A program made the position numbers and the translations under genes. Positions 1-7,353 of a stretch of DNA of 24,000 nt are shown piece after piece (positions within the stretch are counted from its first letter, which is position 1; each line of letters begins with the position of its first letter). Location of the stretch: contig NZ_OZ060380.1 in assembly GCF_964059035.1 (NCBI RefSeq), positions 115,416 through 139,415 on the forward strand, given 5' to 3'. Under the pieces are notes generated by a model. It did no database searches. It worked only from the letters and a program-made list of their open reading frames with translations, and had not been told where the DNA came from. The stretch is from Buchnera aphidicola (Periphyllus testudinaceus) (GTDB lineage Bacteria > Pseudomonadota > Gammaproteobacteria > Enterobacterales > Enterobacteriaceae).

Positions 1-2171
1 ATAAAACAAAAATTTAATATTAACTTAATAACTTTATGAAATTGATATTTTTTATAAAATTTAATAATTTTTTTTTGAATTTTTAAAGTTTCTTGAATTG
101 CCCAAATATCTATTTTTAACATATTTTCTTTTTTAATAAAATTTTTTTTAGGATTAAAATCGTGCAGGTTTCCTAAAAAAAAACGTGCTGTATTTCTTAT
201 TTTTCTATAAGAATCAATAGTTTGTTGTAATATTTTTTCTGATATAGAAATATCTTTAGAATAATTACTTGAAGCTACCCATAAACGTAATATATCTGCT
301 CCATATTTTTTTATTACACTATTAGGGCTAATGGTATTACCAATTGATTTTGACATTTTTTTTCCATTTTCATCTATTGTAAAACCATGTGTAATAACTT
401 TTTTATACGGTGCTTTTTTTTGTAAAATTAAAGATATCATTAAAGATGACATAAACCATCCTCTATGTTGATCTGATCCTTCTATGTATAAATCTGAAAT
501 TTTTAATTTATTATTTAAATATGGATATGTTGATGAAGTATACATACATCCTGATTCAAACCAAACGTCTAAAATATCTTTAGATTTTTTATAATATTTA
601 GATTTTTCTTTTAAAAATTCATTTTTTTTAATTTTCCACCATGCTTCTATTCCATTTTTTTTAACAAGTAAAATAATTTTTTTTAAAAATTTATGTGTAT
701 TTTTATGTAATTTTCCTGTTTTTTTATGTATAAAAAAAGGTATTGGAACTCCCCAAGATCTTTGTCTAGAAACGCACCAATCTGGTCTTTTTTGAACTAA
801 TGAAATCATATTTTTTTTAGTCCAACTTGGAATCCAAGATATTTTTTTAATTTTTTTTATTGCATTTTTTTTAAAATTATTTTTATGAAGGTCAATAAAC
901 CATTGTTTAGTAGATCGAAAGATTACAGGTGATTTATGTCTCCAACAATAAGGATAAGAATGATTAATTATTGTTTTTTTTATTAAAGATTTATTTTTTT
1001 TTAAAAGAGAAATAATTGTTTTGTTAATATTAAATATGTTTTTTTGATCTAATTTTTTATGTATATTTTTTTTATAATTTCCAAATGAATCAATTAAATT
1101 TTTTGGAATAATATTATATTTTTTACATGCAATATAATCTTCTTGTCCATGAGCCGGAGCAGTATGTACAATACCTGTTCCAACATCTAATACAACATGA
1201 GTACTAAGTATTATTTGTAATTTAGTTTTAAAAAATGCATGAAAAAAGTATAAATTTTTTAGTTTTTTTCCTTTAATATTGTTTATAATTTTATATTTTT
1301 TTTTAGTAATAATTTTTATTATATCATTTGTTCTTTCTTTAGAAATTATAAACATTTTATTTTTTGTTTCTATTAAATTATATATAAATTTTGGATTAAT
1401 AGAAATTGCTTGACTTGAAGGTAAGGTCCATGGTGTAGTAGTCCAAATTATTAAATATATTTTTTTTTTATTATTTTTATCTTTTTTTATTTTAAATATC
1501 TTTAATATTTTATTTGTATTAACTGATTTTAAAGAAAAATAAATAGAATCTGATTTTTTTTCTTGATATTCTACTTCTGCTTCTGCTAATGAAGATTGGC
1601 ATTTAATACACCAATGAATCGGTTTTGATCCTTGATATAAATGTTTTTTTTTAAGAATTTTTGAAAGTATTTTAATGATATTTGATTGATTTTTATAGTC
1701 CATTGTTAACAATGAATTTTTCCAATTCGCTAAAACTCCTAATCTTTTAAAATCTTTTTTTTGATGTTTTACTTGTTTTTTAGCATATTCTCTACATTTT
1801 TTTCGAATTTCATTTTTTTTAAATTTTTTAAATATTTTTTTATATTTTTTTTCAATGCTATGTTCAATGGGTAATCCATGACAATCCCAACATGGAAAAA
1901 ATGGAACTTTATATCCAGATAAATTTTTAAATTTTATAATGATATCTTTTAAAATTTTATTTAAAGCATGACCAATGTGAATTTTTCCATTTGCATATGG
2001 TGGTCCATCATTTATAATAAACGTTTTTAAATTTTTTTTTGAATCCATTATTAATTGATATATTTTTTTTTTTTTCCATTCTTTTAATATTTCAATTTCT
2101 TTTTGAGGTAAATTTGCTTTCATTGAAAATTTTGTTTTGGGTAGTTGTAAAGTATTTCTATAATTTTTCAT
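1..2171 (-). CDS. ileS: Isoleucine--tRNA ligase, N-terminal ~723 codons; the 3' part of the gene continues beyond the left edge of the window
   Basis: Absent from the supplied ORF track, consistent with an ORF that is open to the window edge. My minus-strand translation from the ATG (complement of 2169-2171) reads MKNYRNTLQLPKTKFSMKANLPQKEIEILKEW... The class I synthetase HIGH motif (H-I-G-H) is at complement 1968-1979 and KMSKS is at complement 345-359, both in the same frame. The sequence is colinear with E. coli IleS as I recall it (WTTTPWTLP, GSDQHRGWF, RLWVAS). An AAGG Shine-Dalgarno-like element lies just 5' of the ATG. Confidence 0.93.
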   Translation of the reverse strand, partial: MKNYRNTLQLPKTKFSMKANLPQKEIEILKEWKKKKIYQLIMDSKKNLKTFIINDGPPYANGKIHIGHALNKILKDIIIKFKNLSGYKVPFFPCWDCHGLPIEHSIEKKYKKIFKKFKKNEIRKKCREYAKKQVKHQKKDFKRLGVLANWKNSLLTMDYKNQSNIIKILSKILKKKHLYQGSKPIHWCIKCQSSLAEAEVEYQEKKSDSIYFSLKSVNTNKILKIFKIKKDKNNKKKIYLIIWTTTPWTLPSSQAISINPKFIYNLIETKNKMFIISKERTNDIIKIITKKKYKIINNIKGKKLKNLYFFHAFFKTKLQIILSTHVVLDVGTGIVHTAPAHGQEDYIACKKYNIIPKNLIDSFGNYKKNIHKKLDQKNIFNINKTIISLLKKNKSLIKKTIINHSYPYCWRHKSPVIFRSTKQWFIDLHKNNFKKNAIKKIKKISWIPSWTKKNMISLVQKRPDWCVSRQRSWGVPIPFFIHKKTGKLHKNTHKFLKKIILLVKKNGIEAWWKIKKNEFLKEKSKYYKKSKDILDVWFESGCMYTSSTYPYLNNKLKISDLYIEGSDQHRGWFMSSLMISLILQKKAPYKKVITHGFTIDENGKKMSKSIGNTISPNSVIKKYGADILRLWVASSNYSKDISISEKILQQTIDSYRKIRNTARFFLGNLHDFNPKKNFIKKENMLKIDIWAIQETLKIQKKIIKFYKKYQFHKVIKLILNFCF

Positions 2172-2282
2172 AATTGCCTTTTTAAAAAAAAATTAAAATA
2201 ATTATTTATTTTAATTTTTAAAGTTAAAAATTAAAATATATATTTTTTTATTTTATTATTTAAATTTTATAAAAAATATGTT

Positions 2283-2309
2283 TTGATCTAATTATTTTAT
2301 TAGTATAAT
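2283..2309 (+). promoter_or_regulatory. Candidate sigma-70 promoter for rpsT (TTGATC - 15 nt - TATAAT)
   Basis: TTGATC at 2283-2288 and a perfect TATAAT at 2304-2309, about 45 nt upstream of the rpsT start. An AAGGA SD is at about 2340-2344. In DNA this A/T-rich, -10-like hexamers occur by chance, so confidence is low. Confidence 0.3.
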
Positions 2310-2351
2310 AAATAATTCGTATAGTTCATTTTTAAATTAAAGGAATTTATT

Positions 2352-2633
2352 TTGGCAAATCTTAAAGCATCTAAAAAAAATGTAATTACATCTGAAAAAA
2401 AAAAAAATAGTAACAATCGGAAACGATCTATTATTAAAACATATATAAAAAAAGTATTATTTTTTATTTCATCTAATGATGTTGATAAATCTATATTTTT
2501 TTTTAATAAAGTGCAGTCTATTGTAGATAAGTATTCTTTAAAAGGAATAATACATAAAAATAAAGCAGCACGATATAAATCTAATTTATTTATTAAAATT
2601 CGTAATATGAATAATTTAAAAAATTCTAAATAA
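2352..2633 (+). CDS. rpsT: 30S ribosomal protein S20
   Basis: 93 aa. MANLKASKKNVITSEKKK...GIIHKNKAARYKSNL matches E. coli S20 (MANIKSAKKRAIQSEK...GLIHKNKAARHKANL). It starts at TTG (2352-2354) preceded by AAGGA, and E. coli rpsT also initiates at UUG. Confidence 0.95.
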   Translation: MANLKASKKNVITSEKKKNSNNRKRSIIKTYIKKVLFFISSNDVDKSIFFFNKVQSIVDKYSLKGIIHKNKAARYKSNLFIKIRNMNNLKNSK

Positions 2634-2652
2634 AGTATTAGAATTTTTTTAT

Positions 2653-2715
2653 TTTTTAAAATCAGTATTTTTCTAATTTTTTAAAAATTTTAGAACATTA
2701 TACTGATTTTAGAAA
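2653..2715. terminator. Long interrupted hairpin in the 85-bp spacer between convergent rpsT and dnaJ; candidate (bidirectional) intrinsic terminator
   Basis: 2653-2668 pairs with 2700-2715 over 16 positions. Of these, 12 are consecutive perfect pairs (2657-2668 / 2700-2711, containing the only G/C pairs), and there is one T-G wobble at 2656/2712. An inner stem TTCTAA (2671-2676) pairs with TTAGAA (2690-2695). T-rich sequence follows on the + strand. Confidence 0.45.
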
Positions 2716-2718
2716 TTA

Positions 2719-3852
2719 TCATTTTGTTAAAGAATCAAAAAATTTTTTTACTCCATCAAAAAATTTTTTTGATTTAGGATTATTTTTTTCTCCTTTATTA
2801 CCTTCTAAACTATTTCTTAGTTCTTTTAATAATTTTTTTTGAGTATAGTTTAAATTTACTGGTGTTTCTATTACGACTTTACATAATAAATCTCCTATAT
2901 AGTTGTTTTTAATTGATTTAACTCCTTTTCTAGGTATTCGAAATAATTCATTAGATTGTGTTTCAGGAGGAATTTTTAATTTAATTTTTCCATATAATGT
3001 AGGAACTTCAACTATTCCACCTAAAGCTGCGATTGTAAAGCCAATAGGAATTTCGCAAAATAAATTATTTTTATCTCGTTTAAATATTGGATGTTTTTTG
3101 ACATTTATTTTTATATATAAATCACCTGAAGGTGCTCCATTTTCTCCAGATTCTCCTTCATTGTTTAATCGTATTTTATCATTATTATCTATTCCAGAAG
3201 GAATTTTTATTGAAAGTTTTTTTGATATTTTTATTTTTCCATTTCCGTAACATTTTTTACATGGATATTTTATAAATTTTCCTTTTCCATGACAGTGTGG
3301 ACATGTTTGTTGTACTGTAAAAAATCCTTTTCTCATATGTATATTTCCATTTCCATTGCAGTTTTTACAGTTTTCTGGTTGAGTTCCAGGTTTTGATTTA
3401 TTTCCATAACATGTATCACATATTTTTAAAGATGGAATATAGATTTCTTTTACTGTACCATTTACAGCTTCTTCTAAATCTAAATCTAAATTATATTGTA
3501 AATCTGCTCCTTGAGAATTTCTTTCTCTATTGTTTCCAAATATATCTCCAAAAACATCTCCAAATATATCTCCAAAATCTGTTGAATTTGTAAAATTTTC
3601 ATGAAACTCATTTCCAGAAGAATTTTGATCAAAAGCAGAATGTCCATATTTATCATATGCTTCTCTTTTATCTTTATTAATTAATATTTCATAAGCTTCT
3701 TTAATTTCTTTAAATTTTTTTTCAGAGATTTTACTATTTTTATTTCTATCAGGATGGTATTTTACTGCTAATCGTTTATATGCTCTTTTAATTTCTCTAT
3801 CGTTTGATGATCTGGAAATATTTAAAACATCATAATAATCTTTTTTTGTCAT
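2719..3852 (-). CDS. dnaJ: Chaperone protein DnaJ (Hsp40)
   Basis: 377 aa. J-domain with HPD (KYHPDRN), the G/F-region motif [15 protein letters not shown], and four CxxCxGxG-type zinc-finger repeats ([32 protein letters not shown]). Confidence 0.96.
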   Translation of the reverse strand: MTKKDYYDVLNISRSSNDREIKRAYKRLAVKYHPDRNKNSKISEKKFKEIKEAYEILINKDKREAYDKYGHSAFDQNSSGNEFHENFTNSTDFGDIFGDVFGDIFGNNRERNSQGADLQYNLDLDLEEAVNGTVKEIYIPSLKICDTCYGNKSKPGTQPENCKNCNGNGNIHMRKGFFTVQQTCPHCHGKGKFIKYPCKKCYGNGKIKISKKLSIKIPSGIDNNDKIRLNNEGESGENGAPSGDLYIKINVKKHPIFKRDKNNLFCEIPIGFTIAALGGIVEVPTLYGKIKLKIPPETQSNELFRIPRKGVKSIKNNYIGDLLCKVVIETPVNLNYTQKKLLKELRNSLEGNKGEKNNPKSKKFFDGVKKFFDSLTK

Positions 3853-3871
3853 GTATATATATACCTTTTTG

Positions 3872-3916
3872 AAAAAAAATTTTTAAACGAACTTAATTTT
3901 TTTAAGCTCGTTTAAA
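3872..3916 (-). terminator. Hairpin plus U8 tract in the dnaK-dnaJ intergenic spacer; candidate partial terminator/attenuator or mRNA-processing hairpin
   Basis: On the minus-strand RNA, 3916-3902 pairs with 3882-3896. This is a 15-bp stem with a 5-nt loop, and the single + strand A/C mismatch at 3891/3907 becomes a U-G wobble in the sense RNA. It is followed after AA by U8 (complement of 3872-3879), 20 nt before the dnaJ ATG. Confidence 0.4.
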
Positions 3917-3949
3917 TTTTTTAATTAGTAAATTTATAAATTATTGATT

Positions 3950-5866
3950 TTATTTTTTTGGATCTTTAACTTCTTCAAATTCTGCATCTACTACGTTAGA
4001 TTCTTTTTTTGAATTTGAGTTATTGTTGTTTTTATCTTTTGAAATTTCGGGATCTTTTTTTGTTGCTTCTATTAATTTAGATGATTCTTTTAATAATTCT
4101 TGTATTTTAGATTCGATATCTTGTTTGTTTTCTTTTTTTAATGCTTCGTCTAAATTTTTTAATGCTAATTCGATAGATTTTATATCTTCATCTTTTAATT
4201 TATTTCTACATTCATTAAGTTGTTTTTTTGTACTATGAGAAATTTGATCTCCTTGATTTCTAATTTGAACTAGTTCTTCAAATTTTCTATCTTCTTCTGA
4301 ATTTTCTTCAGCTTCTGAAATCATTTTTTTAATTTCTTCTTCTTTTAATCCAGATGATGCTTTTATAATAATTTTTTGTTTTTTTCCTGTTTTTTTATCT
4401 TTTGCTGAAACATGAAGTATGCCATCAGAATCAATATCAAAAGTAACTTCTATTTGAGCCATTCCTCTAGGAGCTGGTTGTATACCATCTAAATTAAATT
4501 GCCCTAATGATTTATTATCAATAGATCTTTTTCTTTCACCTTGTAAAACATGAATTGTAACAGCAGATTGATTATCTTCTGCGGTTGAAAATATTTGACT
4601 ATGTTTTGTTGGAATTGTAGTATTTTTATTAATTACAGGAGTCATTATTCCTCCCATAGTTTCAATTCCAAGAGATAATGGAGTTACGTCTAATAAAAGA
4701 ACATCTTTTACATCTCCTGATAAAACTCCACCTTGTACTGCAGCTCCTATTGCTACTGCTTCATCTGGGTTAACATCTTTTCTTGGTTTTTTTCCAAAAA
4801 ATTTTGATACTGCGTTTTGAACCATTGGCATTCTTGTTTGCCCACCTACTAAAATTATATCATTTATATCTTTAATAGATAGTTTTGCATCATTTAAAGC
4901 AACTTTTAAAGTTTTAATAGATCTTTTTATTAGATCTTCTACTAGAGATTCTAATTTAGATCTTGTAACTTTTATATTAAGGTGTTTTGGACCATTTGAA
5001 TCTGCTGTAATGTAAGGAAGATTAACATTTGTTTCTTGTGAAGAAGATAATTCAATTTTAGCTTTTTCAGCTGCTTCTTTTAATCTTTGCATAGCTAAAG
5101 AATCATTTTTTAAATTAAATTTTTGTTCTTTTTTAAATTCGTCTACTAAATAATTTATTAATTTACTATCAAAATCTTCTCCTCCAAGATGTGTATCTCC
5201 GTTTGTTGCTAAGACTTCAAAAGTTTTTTCTTTATCTACTTCATCTATTTCTATAATAGAAATATCGAAAGTTCCTCCACCTAAATCATAAACAGCAATA
5301 ATTTTATTTCCTTTATTTTTATCTAATCCATATGCAAGAGCTGCTGCAGTTGGTTCATTAATAATTCTTTTTACTGTTAATCCTGCTATTTTACCTGCAT
5401 CTTTTGTAGCTTGTCTTTGAGCATCATTAAAGTACGCTGGAACAGTAATAACTGCTTCAGATATTTTTTCACCTAAATAATCTTCTGCTGTTTTTTTCAT
5501 TTTTTTTAAAATTTCAGCAGATATTTGAGGAGGTGCCATTTTTTTATTTTTAATATCGATCCATGCGTCATTATTTTGTGATTTTATTATTTTATATGGC
5601 ATTATTTCTATATCACGCTGAACTTCTTCATCTGTAAATTTTCTTCCAATTAATCTTTTTATAGCAAATAAAGTATTTTTTGGATTAGTTACAGATTGTC
5701 TTTTAGCTGGTTGGCCAACTAAAATTTCTCCATTTTCTGTATATGCAATAACAGAAGGTGTGGTTCTTTCTCCTTCAGAATTTTCTAAAACTTTAGCTTT
5801 ATTTCCATCCATAATAGCAACACAAGAATTAGTAGTTCCTAAGTCGATTCCAATTATTTTACTCAT
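3950..5866 (-). CDS. dnaK: Chaperone protein DnaK (Hsp70)
   Basis: 638 aa. [17 protein letters not shown]..., [18 protein letters not shown] and a C-terminal EEVKD-type tail give an unmistakable Hsp70. An AGGAAA SD lies upstream. Confidence 0.98.
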   Translation of the reverse strand: MSKIIGIDLGTTNSCVAIMDGNKAKVLENSEGERTTPSVIAYTENGEILVGQPAKRQSVTNPKNTLFAIKRLIGRKFTDEEVQRDIEIMPYKIIKSQNNDAWIDIKNKKMAPPQISAEILKKMKKTAEDYLGEKISEAVITVPAYFNDAQRQATKDAGKIAGLTVKRIINEPTAAALAYGLDKNKGNKIIAVYDLGGGTFDISIIEIDEVDKEKTFEVLATNGDTHLGGEDFDSKLINYLVDEFKKEQKFNLKNDSLAMQRLKEAAEKAKIELSSSQETNVNLPYITADSNGPKHLNIKVTRSKLESLVEDLIKRSIKTLKVALNDAKLSIKDINDIILVGGQTRMPMVQNAVSKFFGKKPRKDVNPDEAVAIGAAVQGGVLSGDVKDVLLLDVTPLSLGIETMGGIMTPVINKNTTIPTKHSQIFSTAEDNQSAVTIHVLQGERKRSIDNKSLGQFNLDGIQPAPRGMAQIEVTFDIDSDGILHVSAKDKKTGKKQKIIIKASSGLKEEEIKKMISEAEENSEEDRKFEELVQIRNQGDQISHSTKKQLNECRNKLKDEDIKSIELALKNLDEALKKENKQDIESKIQELLKESSKLIEATKKDPEISKDKNNNNSNSKKESNVVDAEFEEVKDPKK

Positions 5867-5947
5867 ATTTTATTTTCCTATGATATTTTATTAAATATTA
5901 TTTTTTTAAAAAAATTTTAAAATTTTAAATTATTATCAATAATAATA

Positions 5948-5975
5948 AAATGTGGGCTTTTTATAAGACTACAAG
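5948..5975 (-). promoter_or_regulatory. Sigma-32 (RpoH) heat-shock-type promoter for dnaK-dnaJ
   Basis: The minus strand reads CTTGTAG (5975-5969) - 13 nt - CCACATTT (5955-5948), preceded by an extra C. The consensus is CTTGAAA - 13-15 nt - CCCCATNT, so this scores 5/7 and 7/8. It is the only G/C-rich patch in a 301-bp spacer that is almost pure A/T, about 80 nt upstream of the dnaK ATG. Confidence 0.55.
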
Positions 5976-6167
5976 TCTTTTATGAAAAATATTATTTTTT
6001 TATTAAAATGTTTTTTTTTAATATTTTATTTTTATGAGTTTTTTTTTAAAAAAAATTAATAGTGTTATTATACTTTAAAAACAATTATTTTACATAAGAT
6101 AAATAGATTAAAAAATTTAATTTAATTTTTTTTTTATTTTTTATTTTTAAAAGAAATAGGAAAATTT

Positions 6168-6545
6168 ATGTTTAATCAAAATATTATTGAATATATAGGA
6201 GTTTTTTCTTTTATATTATTTACTTTTTTTTTCTGTTTTATTTCTTTGTTTATGAGTTTTATTTTAGGGGGAAAATCTGATTCTAGTTCTAAAAATATTC
6301 CATTTGAATCAGGAGCTCCTTCAACTGGAAATGTGAATTTGAAATTTACTATAAAATTTTATTTAATTGCTATATTTTTTGTAATATTTGATATAGAGTC
6401 TATGTATTTATATGCATGGTCAACATGTGTTCGTGAGAACGGTTGGATTGGTTTTGCAGAAGTATCTTTTTTTATTTTTATGATATTATTGTCTTTATTA
6501 TATTTATTTCGTGTAAGGGCATTGAATTGGATAGATAAAGATTAA
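6168..6545 (+). CDS. nuoA: NADH-quinone oxidoreductase subunit A
   Basis: 125 aa, 3 predicted TM segments. Conserved NuoA/ND3 core ...NIPFESG...[23 protein letters not shown].... An AGGAAA SD precedes it. Both termini are shorter than in E. coli NuoA (147 aa). Confidence 0.93.
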   Translation: MFNQNIIEYIGVFSFILFTFFFCFISLFMSFILGGKSDSSSKNIPFESGAPSTGNVNLKFTIKFYLIAIFFVIFDIESMYLYAWSTCVRENGWIGFAEVSFFIFMILLSLLYLFRVRALNWIDKD

Positions 6546-6595
6546 AAAAAATTATAAAAAAATTAATAATTATTTTTCATCTAAAAAGAGAATAT

Positions 6596-7270
6596 ATGAA
6601 ATATACTTTAACAAAAATAAATTTTAATAATAGTAATTCGAATAGTAATTCAAAAAAAAAAAAAATTTATAATGATCCTATAAAAAATTCAATAAAGAAT
6701 AATGTTTTTTTTGGTAATTTAAAAAAAATTCTTCATAATATTGTGAATTGGGGTAGAAAAAATTCTTTATGGCCTTATAATTTTGGTTTGTCTTGTTGTT
6801 ATGTAGAAATGGTTACATCTTTTACTTCTGTTCATGATGTTTCTCGTTTTGGATCGGAAGTATTAAGAGCTTCTCCAAGACAAGCAGACGTTATGGTTAT
6901 TGCTGGAACTCCATTTATTAAAATGGCTCCTATAATAAAGCGTTTATACGATCAAATGTTAGAACCAAAATGGGTTATTTCAATGGGCTCTTGTGCAAAT
7001 TCTGGTGGAATGTATGATATTTATTCAGTTGTTCAGGGAATTGATAAAATTCTTCCAGTGGATGTTTATATACCTGGTTGTCCTCCTCGACCTGAAGCTT
7101 ATATTCAAGGATTAATGCTTTTACAAAAATCTATTGCAAAAGAAAGAAGACCTTTATCATGGATTATTGGTGATCAAGGAATTTATAAAGCTGATTTAAA
7201 ATCTGAAAAATATAGAAATAAATTAAAAGTTCAATCTATGTATGATTTTAAAAATCCAAATGAAATTTAA
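6596..7270 (+). CDS. nuoB: NADH-quinone oxidoreductase subunit B
   Basis: 224 aa. Cluster N2 ligand motifs are present: [20 protein letters not shown] and PGCPPRPE. The C-terminal part is colinear with E. coli NuoB (RRPLSW..GDQG.Y). Confidence 0.96.
   Translation: MKYTLTKINFNNSNSNSNSKKKKIYNDPIKNSIKNNVFFGNLKKILHNIVNWGRKNSLWPYNFGLSCCYVEMVTSFTSVHDVSRFGSEVLRASPRQADVMVIAGTPFIKMAPIIKRLYDQMLEPKWVISMGSCANSGGMYDIYSVVQGIDKILPVDVYIPGCPPRPEAYIQGLMLLQKSIAKERRPLSWIIGDQGIYKADLKSEKYRNKLKVQSMYDFKNPNEI
6629..6652 (+). repeat. In-frame 12-bp tandem duplication (AATAGTAATTCG / AATAGTAATTCA) in the nuoB 5' region, abutting an A14 tract (6652-6665)
   Basis: Read directly from the sequence. 6629-6640 and 6641-6652 differ at one base and encode NSNS-NSNS, followed by KKKK from the A14 run. 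Confidence 0.85.
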
Positions 7271-7353
7271 TTTACTTTTATGAAATTTTATTTCTTTTAT
7301 TAATTTTTATAACATATTATTATATTATTTTAAAATAGGGTGTTTGGAAATTT

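Noticed and set aside
2903-3250. 115-aa ORF on the + strand (track entry)
   Set aside because: It lies entirely antisense within dnaJ. The product is low-complexity and F/I/L-rich with no recognisable motif. This is a typical shadow ORF opposite a strongly supported gene in A/T-rich DNA.
3541-3576. Three tandem 12-bp units (TATATCTCCAAA / AACATCTCCAAA / TATATCTCCAAA) inside dnaJ
   Set aside because: They encode the [14 protein letters not shown] motif, which is also present in E. coli DnaJ ([12 protein letters not shown]). This is conserved protein periodicity, not a new repeat expansion.
3393-3593. 66-aa ORF on the + strand (track entry)
   Set aside because: It is antisense to the dnaJ G/F and zinc-finger region. 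The repetitive L/N/Q string derives from the complement of the FGD repeats. There is no SD and no independent support.
4023-4238. 71-aa ORF on the + strand (track entry)
   Set aside because: It is antisense to the dnaK C-terminal region. This is a shadow ORF with no motif and no SD.
5965-5979. 6-bp stem / 3-nt loop palindrome AAGACT-ACA-AGTCTT overlapping the putative sigma-32 -35 element, as a possible operator
   Set aside because: It is too short to be statistically meaningful and matches no known regulator site that I recognise. It is noted under the promoter finding only.
6063-6071. Extended -10-like element TGtTATTAT about 100 nt upstream of nuoA as the nuo promoter
   Set aside because: It is plausible, but TATAAT-like hexamers are ubiquitous in this spacer, there is no convincing -35, and I cannot rank it above many alternatives by eye. 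It needs TSS data.
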